Of a stretch of DNA of 64,000 nucleotides, positions 35,906 to 43,574 are shown one piece after another (the first letter of the stretch is position 1; the number at the start of each line of letters is the position of its first letter). Below the pieces are notes generated by a model. That model saw only the letters and a program-made list of their open reading frames with translations. It searched no databases and was not told where the DNA came from. A program made the position numbers and the translations under genes. The DNA is from Bythopirellula sp. (lineage in GTDB: Bacteria; Planctomycetota; Planctomycetia; Pirellulales; Lacipirellulaceae): NCBI GenBank assembly GCA_965216565.1, contig OZ244170.1, forward strand, positions 256,001-320,000, given 5' to 3'.

Positions 35906-35921
35906 TGGCACAAGCCGTGCA
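35906..35921 (+). promoter_or_regulatory. sigma54 -24/-12 promoter of the flgF operon
   Basis: TGGCAC-AAGCC-GTGCA with canonical spacing, about 55 bp before the flgF ATG. Confidence 0.65.
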
Positions 35922-35974
35922 TAGTCCAAACGGCGATGGCAGGGGGGCAAACCTGCAATCACCTTATCGATAAC

Positions 35975-36733
35975 ATGTCTTACGGAATGTATCTGTCGGC
36001 TGAAGGCGCCAAAGTTCAAGCACAACGCTTGGAAATGATCGCCAATAATCTGGCCAACGTAAACACGCCCGGCTTCAAACGCGACATTCCCACGTTTCAG
36101 GCCCGCTTTGCCGAGGCAATTCAGCAAGGCCAGGCCACACCCGGTGTTGGTGGAACCAACGACGTTGGTGGTGGTGTGAAGATGATGGAAGTCGCCACTG
36201 ACTTCTCTCATACAACGTTGCGGAGCACCAATGTACCTACCGACATGGCCATCAACGGCGAGGGCTTTTTCCAAGTCCGCAACCGAAATGGCGAAGACCT
36301 GCTGACTCGCGCTGGCAATTTTCTGCTCGATGTCAACGGTCGCTTAACTACGCAAACCGGCGATTTCGCGGTACTCAATGATGGCGGCGGCGAAATCAAG
36401 CTCGATCCCGAGCAACCGTGGGAGATGTTTCCCGGCGGTGTGATCAGTCAGTCCGGATCGCGGATCAACGTTGGACTCCAAAAGCCCGAGTCGCTTGGCG
36501 ACCTGGTAAAAGTTGGCAACAACACGTTTCGTCCCCTGGGACCCATCACGCCAGTAGCAACTCCAGATCGAGACATTCGCCAAGGATATTTGGAGTTGTC
36601 GGGCGTAAGTTCCACTAACGAAATGATGACGATGATCGAAACGTCGCGTGCTTTTGAAGCCAACACCAAGTTGATTCAGCATCGCGATGGCATGATCAGT
36701 CAGCTCCTGGGACGGGTACTCTCCTCGGCTTAG
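35975..36733 (+). CDS. flgF: Flagellar basal-body rod protein FlgF
   Basis: IANNLANVNTPGFK, D.AI.GEGFF, LTRAGNF, QGYLE.S.V, R.FEAN. Start placed at ATG 35975. Confidence 0.9.
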   Translation: MSYGMYLSAEGAKVQAQRLEMIANNLANVNTPGFKRDIPTFQARFAEAIQQGQATPGVGGTNDVGGGVKMMEVATDFSHTTLRSTNVPTDMAINGEGFFQVRNRNGEDLLTRAGNFLLDVNGRLTTQTGDFAVLNDGGGEIKLDPEQPWEMFPGGVISQSGSRINVGLQKPESLGDLVKVGNNTFRPLGPITPVATPDRDIRQGYLELSGVSSTNEMMTMIETSRAFEANTKLIQHRDGMISQLLGRVLSSA

Positions 36734-36793
36734 TTCACCACATTCATCACGGCAGATAACGGATAACTGACGGGTTCATAAGGACAGTAAACC

Positions 36794-37597
36794 ATGAGTG
36801 TTCAAACTCTCTACACAGCCGCCACCGGCATGGAAGCGTTGGAAACGAAGCTGGATGTGATTGCCAATAATATGGCGAATATCAACACCACGGGCTTCAA
36901 GAAAGATCGAGCCAACTTTGAAGACCTCATCTACCGTGTGAACCGTTTACCAGGTGCGACCGATGCCGACGGTAACCTGACATCCACAGGAATCGAAGTC
37001 GGCCTGGGTACGCGAGTTTCCAGCACACAAACCAATCATACCCAAGGCTCGATGCAAACCACCGGCAATCCGTTGGACTTTGCGATCGAAGGCGAAGGGT
37101 TCTTTCGCGTCATTGATCCGGGTGGAGACTTCTTGTACACACGAGCCGGCAACTTTGGCATCAATGCCAACGGCCAGTTGGTGCTCGGGTCAGCCAACAC
37201 AGGTTGGATCGTCGATCCAGCCGTCAATATCCCTAATAACGCTGTCGACATTGTTGTAACCGGTGATGGCCAGGTGCAATTTCGAACGACCGATTCGCCC
37301 ACATTGCAAACCGCTGGTCAGCTCAATATTTCAAACTTTATCAACCCCGATGGTTTGCTGAAGATGGGCGACAACTTGTTCAAAGAGACCGACGCCTCGA
37401 ATACAGCCACTACCGCTCAACCCGGTACCCCTGGTTTTGGCGTAATCGCTCAGGGAGCGCTGGAGTCGTCGAACGTAGAACCGGTGGAAGAACTCATCGA
37501 CTTGATTACCACCCAGCGGGCCTTTGAATTGAATTCTCAAGTTGTTCAGGCCGGCGACCAGATCATGCAGATCGCTGCCAATCTTCGTCGTGGTTAA
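36794..37597 (+). CDS. flgG: Flagellar distal rod protein FlgG
   Basis: LYTAATGM, DVIANNMANINTTGFKKDRANFEDL.Y, G.EVGLG, QGALESSNV..VEEL..LITTQRAFELNS. Confidence 0.95.
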   Translation: MSVQTLYTAATGMEALETKLDVIANNMANINTTGFKKDRANFEDLIYRVNRLPGATDADGNLTSTGIEVGLGTRVSSTQTNHTQGSMQTTGNPLDFAIEGEGFFRVIDPGGDFLYTRAGNFGINANGQLVLGSANTGWIVDPAVNIPNNAVDIVVTGDGQVQFRTTDSPTLQTAGQLNISNFINPDGLLKMGDNLFKETDASNTATTAQPGTPGFGVIAQGALESSNVEPVEELIDLITTQRAFELNSQVVQAGDQIMQIAANLRRG

Positions 37598-37606
37598 TCT
37601 TACCCC

Positions 37607-38668
37607 ATGAATAAACTCATGATTCAAAATACTCTCCTAAGTTTGCTAGTGTGCTTCGCGACTGCGGCCTCAACGTTATCTGCGTTGGGAGCCAACGTTG
37701 TGTTGCGATCTCAAAGCATGCACACGGGGCCCATGGTTTACTTGGGTGACATCGCGGAAATCTCCGCGGCAACTCCTGGCGAACTGCAAGAGCTCAAGCA
37801 CACTTCGATCACTCCAGCCCCTGCTCCAGGGACGCTGCAGTACCTGAGCCGGGCACAAGTTCGCGACATGTTGGTGGCCAGCGGCATTAGTCTGTTTAGT
37901 CTCGACATTGGTGGTGCGGAAGTTGTAGAACTAGGTCAGGCCAAAGCTCTGCCACAGGTTGATCAACAAACCACTATCCCTAGCCGTTCGCGTCAACAGA
38001 TCGAACGTGCTTTGGAAGATTCTATCACTAATTACTTGATTGCTGAGACAGGTCACGACGGTTGGCGGATAGCCATTGAGTTCGACGCCAAGTCGCTTCT
38101 TCAAGCGGCCAGCCTTTCCGACGATTTGGAAGTATCTGGCGGACACCGTCCCTGGACGGGGCGGCAATACTTCAACGTATCGGACGCACGGCATGAAGAG
38201 TCCGTCCGCGTGACGACAAAGATTACCAGATTCCAAACAGTCGTTACGACGCTGCGGCCAATCGCCCGAGGCGATTTGATCCGCGCCTCGGATCTCCAGA
38301 CCGAAGTCGTGGAAGGTAGCCTCCAGTCCACGACGATTACCGAGCCGAGCCAAATCATCGGCATGCAAGCGAAGCAATCGATCGGTAAGGGGAAAGTCAT
38401 CTCGAGGAATCAAATTGCCGCCCCTCTGCAAGTGGAGCGTGGCGAAACTGTGACCGTGTTTGCCCGCACAGCTGGAATCGCAGTGCGAACCTATGCTGTC
38501 GCTCGGCAAGATGGAGCGTTGGGCGATTTGATTCAGGTAGAGACACTCGACAAGAAAGATCGCTATGCCGCACGGGTTTCTGGACTGCGGGAATTGGAAG
38601 TCTTGGCCGCAGGCGCATCGGTTCGAGACTATGCTTCGTTGCCACGTCATAACACAGTCTTACGTTAA
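37607..38668 (+). CDS. flgA: Flagellar P-ring formation chaperone FlgA
   Basis: Signal peptide, LGDIAEI, SAF domain (R.I.RG..I..SDL), VERGE.V, A.QDG.LG..I.V. Position between flgG and flgH. Confidence 0.88.
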   Translation: MNKLMIQNTLLSLLVCFATAASTLSALGANVVLRSQSMHTGPMVYLGDIAEISAATPGELQELKHTSITPAPAPGTLQYLSRAQVRDMLVASGISLFSLDIGGAEVVELGQAKALPQVDQQTTIPSRSRQQIERALEDSITNYLIAETGHDGWRIAIEFDAKSLLQAASLSDDLEVSGGHRPWTGRQYFNVSDARHEESVRVTTKITRFQTVVTTLRPIARGDLIRASDLQTEVVEGSLQSTTITEPSQIIGMQAKQSIGKGKVISRNQIAAPLQVERGETVTVFARTAGIAVRTYAVARQDGALGDLIQVETLDKKDRYAARVSGLRELEVLAAGASVRDYASLPRHNTVLR

Positions 38669-38726
38669 CGCTGCTGCAACTGCTTTGGGCCGCTCACTCA
38701 AACTGACAACAAGTTGGAATTTCGAG

Positions 38727-39425
38727 ATGAAACAACAGTCCAGGAAATTCAGAAACCAGTGCTTTGCCGGCGCGTTTGTCGTGGGCTCCGCTTTCGCGGT
38801 TTGCCCAGCCGAGGCGCAGGACGGCAGCCTGTTTCAACAACCAGTGAACACTCCGCGTGGTCTAACGCTACAAACTAGCTCGTTCGTCTTCCGCGATTTG
38901 CCGCCTGAAGCCATGCCGCGTCAGTTGCAGGAGCAGGATATCATCACGGTGCTTGTCGACTTCAACTCTCGGTTCTTGAGTGAGGGTGATGCGGAAAACA
39001 GAAAAACGGCAAGCCTGGCCGCGGTATTGGCCGACTGGATTCAACTCGATAGCGGTTCGCTCAAGCCTGCCGCCCAAGCCGATGGCGACCCCACCATCAC
39101 CGGGACGCTCAATAGCCAATACCGTGCTGAATCTGACGTCGAGCTGCGAGACTCGCTGACGTTCCGAATGGCAGCCAAGATCGTCGACATTCGCCCGAAC
39201 GGAAACCTCGTGATCGAAGGACACCAAGAAATTCGCAACAACGAAGAACGTTGGCGGATATCGATCACTGGCGTTGTACGTCGCGAAGCGATTCAGGCCG
39301 ACCGCACTGTCAGCAGCGATTCCATCGCCGAGCTGCGAATCGATAAAGAAGAAATGGGCCAGGTTCGCGACGGCTATGCTCGCGGCTGGTTCACACAGTG
39401 GTACGACAAATACAAACCTTTTTAA
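38727..39425 (+). CDS. flgH: Flagellar L-ring protein FlgH
   Basis: DIITVLV, A.IVDIRPNGNLVIEG...I..N.E, .TGVVR.E.I..D.TV.S..IA. Start placed at ATG 38727. Confidence 0.92.
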   Translation: MKQQSRKFRNQCFAGAFVVGSAFAVCPAEAQDGSLFQQPVNTPRGLTLQTSSFVFRDLPPEAMPRQLQEQDIITVLVDFNSRFLSEGDAENRKTASLAAVLADWIQLDSGSLKPAAQADGDPTITGTLNSQYRAESDVELRDSLTFRMAAKIVDIRPNGNLVIEGHQEIRNNEERWRISITGVVRREAIQADRTVSSDSIAELRIDKEEMGQVRDGYARGWFTQWYDKYKPF

Positions 39426-39442
39426 GTAAGTCTCCCTTAAAC

Positions 39443-39501
39443 GTAGCTGGATTCGCAAGAATTCAGCCAAATCCGTTCTGAATTTTCGCAAATCCAGCTA
39501 C
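39443..39501. repeat. GTAG-type REP doublet (inverted pair, REPIN-like)
   Basis: GTAGCTGGATTCGCAAGAATTCAG ... CTGAATTTTCGCAAATCCAGCTAC between flgH and flgI. Confidence 0.75.
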
Positions 39502-39541
39502 ATCCGAGATCACGCGAATTTAATTACCGCGGACAACAACT

Positions 39542-40621
39542 ATGAAATCTTCAAGCAACACGACCAAGCTCACAACGATCGCGCTCACGTTGCTCGTGTT
39601 GGCAACCATTGGTCAGCAAGCCTCTGCACAAACATTCCTGCGAAACATCTGTCGGGTAAAAGGCCAGGAAGAAAACGTGCTACGTGGTCTCGGCATGGTG
39701 GTGGGACTGAATGGCACGGGCGAAGCCAATGATGCCCAAACCATGCGGGCCTTGTCGCGGGCGATGGAACTCATGGGCAGCCCCATCCCTCAACAAGGAT
39801 TGCCAGGGCAGGGCAGCCTGGACGAGCTGAAGAAGATCAAGAACGTCGCTCTGGTAATGGTCACTGCCACGGTTCCCGACACGGGTGCTCGTAGCGGCGA
39901 CAAGATCGACTGCAGCGTCAGTGCTATTAACGGAAAAAGCCTCGATGGTGGTCGACTCGCTTTCGCCGCCCTCAAAGGCCCGAACATTCAAGACGAACGC
40001 GTTTATGCACTCGCCGAGGGGTCGATTCATCTAGACGATCCCGATCAACCCCTGGTGGGCACGATTCACAACGGCTGTCAAATGGAAGAAGACGTGTTTA
40101 CGCCTTTTATGGATGAGAACAACTACGTCACTTTGATTCTTGATCGCAACCATGCCAACTTTCAAACGGCCAGCGACATTGCTGAAATCATCACACAGAC
40201 GCACTTTCAGCAGGAACCCGACGCAGTGAAAGCACTCAACGCCTCGAACATCCGCATGCGAGTCCCCAAAGCCTATGTGGAAGATCCAGTGGCCTTCATC
40301 TCGGGGTTGATGGAAACACAAACCTATTCGCCCGAGCCGGAAGCGCGCGTGGTGATCGATCAGAAGAAGGGCAGTATTGTGATTAGTGGCGACGTGCAAA
40401 TTGGAGACGTCGTGGTTTCGCACAAGAATATTGTGGTCGATGCCACGGTGCAGGTGCCCCCCTTCGAGGCAATCGATCAACAGCAGGGTAGCGACTCGGC
40501 CAAACTAACGGCCCTTGTCGACGCACTCAACGCACTGAAGGTGCCAACCTCAGATGCAATTGACATCATCAAGACTATCGAAAGCAGCGGCAAATTGCAT
40601 GGCCGGCTGATTGTGAAATAG
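39542..40621 (+). CDS. flgI: Flagellar P-ring protein FlgI
   Basis: RVKG..EN.L.G.G.VVGLNGTG, KNVALVMVTA, KSL.GG.L, ARVVID...G.IV, LVDALNAL, G.LHG.L. Confidence 0.95.
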   Translation: MKSSSNTTKLTTIALTLLVLATIGQQASAQTFLRNICRVKGQEENVLRGLGMVVGLNGTGEANDAQTMRALSRAMELMGSPIPQQGLPGQGSLDELKKIKNVALVMVTATVPDTGARSGDKIDCSVSAINGKSLDGGRLAFAALKGPNIQDERVYALAEGSIHLDDPDQPLVGTIHNGCQMEEDVFTPFMDENNYVTLILDRNHANFQTASDIAEIITQTHFQQEPDAVKALNASNIRMRVPKAYVEDPVAFISGLMETQTYSPEPEARVVIDQKKGSIVISGDVQIGDVVVSHKNIVVDATVQVPPFEAIDQQQGSDSAKLTALVDALNALKVPTSDAIDIIKTIESSGKLHGRLIVK

Positions 40622-40632
40622 CTGATTTTAGG

Positions 40633-40725
40633 ATCGAGGAAGAGTAACTTCTCATAAGTCCCTCGCCCCATTGGGGAGAGGCACGGTGAGGGGGACAAAA
40701 ATAAGGGAAGTTACTCTTCCTCGAT
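40633..40725. repeat. 19-bp perfect inverted repeat enclosing a CCCTCxCCC...GGGAGAGG-type palindromic element
   Basis: ATCGAGGAAGAGTAACTTC (40633-40651) / GAAGTTACTCTTCCTCGAT (40707-40725); inner CCCTCGCCCCATTGGGGAGAGGCACGGTGAGGGG. Confidence 0.75.
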
Positions 40726-40743
40726 GCCGCTGAGAGAAATTCA

Positions 40744-41124
40744 ATGGAAATCAATCTGCAATCCAATTCGAGTATACGCCCTCTGAGGCCGACCAATGTC
40801 AGTGCCGCTGAGCAACTCGGGCAGGCCGAGGAAGTTCAAGAGAAGTTCCGTCAATTCGTCGGCGAGATGTTCTTTGGACAGTTGATGAAGGCGATGCGAA
40901 GCACCCAAGACAAACCCGCCTACTTCCACGGCGGTCGGGCCGAAGAGGTATTCCAGGGACAGATGGACCAACTGATGGCAGAGGAAATGACGGAAGCCAG
41001 TGCCGAGCAGATCGCCGACCCGATGTTTCGCCAACAATTTCCTCGTCAAGCAGCCATCATCGATGCAGCCCGAGAAGCGAATGACAGTTCGCTAGATGAT
41101 TTGCGATTCCTCAGCAGACGTTAG
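40744..41124 (+). CDS. flgJ: Rod-binding-domain-only FlgJ
   Basis: F.QF...F..QL.KAMRS, GG..EE.F....D...A, IAD.M..Q. No muramidase domain; directly follows flgI. Confidence 0.8.
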   Translation: MEINLQSNSSIRPLRPTNVSAAEQLGQAEEVQEKFRQFVGEMFFGQLMKAMRSTQDKPAYFHGGRAEEVFQGQMDQLMAEEMTEASAEQIADPMFRQQFPRQAAIIDAAREANDSSLDDLRFLSRR

Positions 41125-41157
41125 ATACCAAAGTAAGAAAACGGATCGCCTCTCTCG

Positions 41158-41199
41158 TCCCCCTCCCCCGTCTTCGGGGAAGGGACTAGGGGAGGGGGA
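41158..41199. repeat. CCCCTCCCC...GGGGAGGGG palindromic extragenic element (same class as the inner element near 40660)
   Basis: TCCCCCTCCCCCGTCTTCGGGGAAGGGACTAGGGGAGGGGGA between flgJ and flgN. Confidence 0.6.
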
Positions 41200-41243
41200 T
41201 TCGGAGAAGTAAGACCACAAGCCGGTAAGACGAGACACAAGAA

Positions 41244-41729
41244 ATGGATATCAATTGGGAAAGTGAAATCGCCGACCTGCTCGGGCAACTGTCGGGCACA
41301 CAGCAAGAGTTGCTCGATCTGTTAGATCGCAAACGGCAAGCGTTGGTCAATCGCGACCACGATGGGCTCACCAAACTTGCTACCGAGCAGCAGGAGCTGA
41401 GCGAAAACTTGCACGCCTGCCTCGTACGTCGCCAGGAGTTGCTAGCACATGCCGAGGCGGCGGGCTTGCCTGCTGATAGCATTGAATCGCTGGCAGAGGC
41501 GTTGCCCGAAAAACAGACTGTCGCACTCGAAGGAACTCTAGAACAGTCGAAAGAACGCTCCCGATTGTTGCGCCATCAGAGCATTTCGCAATGGGTGGCC
41601 ACGCAACGCACGCTACTCCATCTGTCGCAAATGTTGGAGATAATCGCAACTGGCGGGCGTGGGCAGTCGACTTATGGAAAAGGAGACACCTCGGTCTCGA
41701 GCGGTAGGCTCATGGACCAAGCCGTTTAG
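41244..41729 (+). CDS. flgN: Flagellar export chaperone FlgN
   Basis: Helical protein LL.LL..K..AL...D...L..L...Q, C-terminal TYG..G.....G.L.DQAV. Precedes flgK. Confidence 0.8.
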   Translation: MDINWESEIADLLGQLSGTQQELLDLLDRKRQALVNRDHDGLTKLATEQQELSENLHACLVRRQELLAHAEAAGLPADSIESLAEALPEKQTVALEGTLEQSKERSRLLRHQSISQWVATQRTLLHLSQMLEIIATGGRGQSTYGKGDTSVSSGRLMDQAV

Positions 41730-41812
41730 AACATGCTTTAGAAGGCCCACAAAGAGGGCAGCGAAACTCTGATTGTTCGTGCTCTGCAACTCATCTCTTA
41801 CAACTCGTCGCG

Positions 41813-43531
41813 ATGTCGTTATTTAGTTCCATCCAGATGGCCGGCAATACGCTGCAAGCCATGCAAATTGGCTTGCATGTGGTGGGCAATAACATTGCCA
41901 ATGCCAATACACCGGGATACGTCCGCGAACGGACTATCTACTCCCCGGCACCGGTGCAGAAAGTTGGCACACTGACGCTCGGTTTGGGCGTCGAGATCGC
42001 TGGCATTGTTCAGAATGTCGATAAATTCACCGAAGCCAGACTCCGCGATGCAGGAAGCGATCGGGCCAGTGCCGAGGTGCAGGAAGACATCTATCGCGAT
42101 CTGGAGCTTGCCATCGGGGAACTGACCGACGTCGACATCAGTACGGCCCTGACCAAGTTTTTCGGCAGCATCGAACTGGTGGCCGACACACCCGAAGATA
42201 TCGCTATTCGCAACTTGGCTATATCAGATGGCGCGACTCTGTCTCAACGTATCAATACACTCGATCGCCGCGCGCGGACTTTGTATGAAGATTTCACCCA
42301 ACGGGTAGACGACATTACCACGGAAGTGAACACCCTCTCAGAGCAAATTCGGCAACTCAATTTGCAGATTACATCCGCCGAAGGTGGTGGCAGCACCGGT
42401 AGCGATGCGGGTGCGTTGCGGAGCCAGCGGAACCTCGCTCTGCAGCAGCTGGCGGAGATTACCAATATCAAGGTTACCGAACAAGAATCGGGAGCCGTCA
42501 ACGTGTCTGTGAACGGGGACCTGCTGGTCTTCGAGGGGACTCGTCGAGCCGTGCAAACAGAGACGATTAACGAAAACGGTTTGACCAGGACGGTTGTCCA
42601 ATACGCTGACAATGGCAGCGATCTGGTGACGACAGGTGGTGAGCTGCACGGCATTTACGAAGCTCGTGATACGGTGATCGGCGGCTTCCTAGGAAACCTG
42701 GATGAATTCGCCTCAACGCTTGTATTCGAGTTCAACAAGCTCTACTCGCAGGGAGAGGGAATTGCTGGATTTCAATCGTTGACGACCATCGAGCGAGTCG
42801 AAGACCCTACGGCGGCGTTGAACACGGCAGGACTCAACTTCACGCCCGAAAGTGGAGTACTTCAGTTCAATGTCCACAACAAAGAAATCGATAATCCTAC
42901 TGCACGCACGGAGCAGCACGATATTTTTATCGATCTGAATGGAACCGATGGCGATACGTCGCTCAATTCCTTGGCTGCTAGTATCAATGCCATCGATGGC
43001 GTGTCGGCCAGCGTGAACTTCAACAACGAGCTGGTGATCAATTCCGACAGCGACGCCATTGAGTTTAGCTTCTCAGGAGATACCAGCGGCGCACTGGCGG
43101 CACTAGGGTTGAATACGTTCTTCACAGGCTCCAATGCCCGCGATATTGGCGTGAACCAAGTGTTGCAAGAAGATTCTGCTTCTGGGGCCAAGTTTGCTGC
43201 CAGCGGCGATGGATTGGGCACCGGCAATGGGATTGCGTTGGAGTTAATGACGCTTAATGACAAATCGCTTGGCAGTCTAGATGGCGGAAGTATTACAGGA
43301 GTTTACGATCAACTGATTAACGACAACACGCAAGGCGCGACCGTTAGTGCCGCGGTTGCCGATGGTCTGCGTGTATTCGAAGGAACACTCGCGGCCGAAG
43401 TTGCTGCCGTCAGCGGCGTCAATCTCGACGAAGAAGCGATCGACATGATTATGCTCCAGCAAACCTACCAAGCCTCGGCTCGATACATTTCCACTCTGTC
43501 AGAGATGTTAGACATTATCGTGGCACTCTAA
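41813..43531 (+). CDS. flgK: Flagellar hook-associated protein 1 FlgK
   Basis: GNNIANANTPGY.R, GGEL.G, SGVNLDEEA..M...Q..YQASAR.I. Confidence 0.95.
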   Translation: MSLFSSIQMAGNTLQAMQIGLHVVGNNIANANTPGYVRERTIYSPAPVQKVGTLTLGLGVEIAGIVQNVDKFTEARLRDAGSDRASAEVQEDIYRDLELAIGELTDVDISTALTKFFGSIELVADTPEDIAIRNLAISDGATLSQRINTLDRRARTLYEDFTQRVDDITTEVNTLSEQIRQLNLQITSAEGGGSTGSDAGALRSQRNLALQQLAEITNIKVTEQESGAVNVSVNGDLLVFEGTRRAVQTETINENGLTRTVVQYADNGSDLVTTGGELHGIYEARDTVIGGFLGNLDEFASTLVFEFNKLYSQGEGIAGFQSLTTIERVEDPTAALNTAGLNFTPESGVLQFNVHNKEIDNPTARTEQHDIFIDLNGTDGDTSLNSLAASINAIDGVSASVNFNNELVINSDSDAIEFSFSGDTSGALAALGLNTFFTGSNARDIGVNQVLQEDSASGAKFAASGDGLGTGNGIALELMTLNDKSLGSLDGGSITGVYDQLINDNTQGATVSAAVADGLRVFEGTLAAEVAAVSGVNLDEEAIDMIMLQQTYQASARYISTLSEMLDIIVAL

Positions 43532-43574
43532 GCGTTTTCCAAAACCAACCTCCGAATCCTCATTTTCGATTGCA

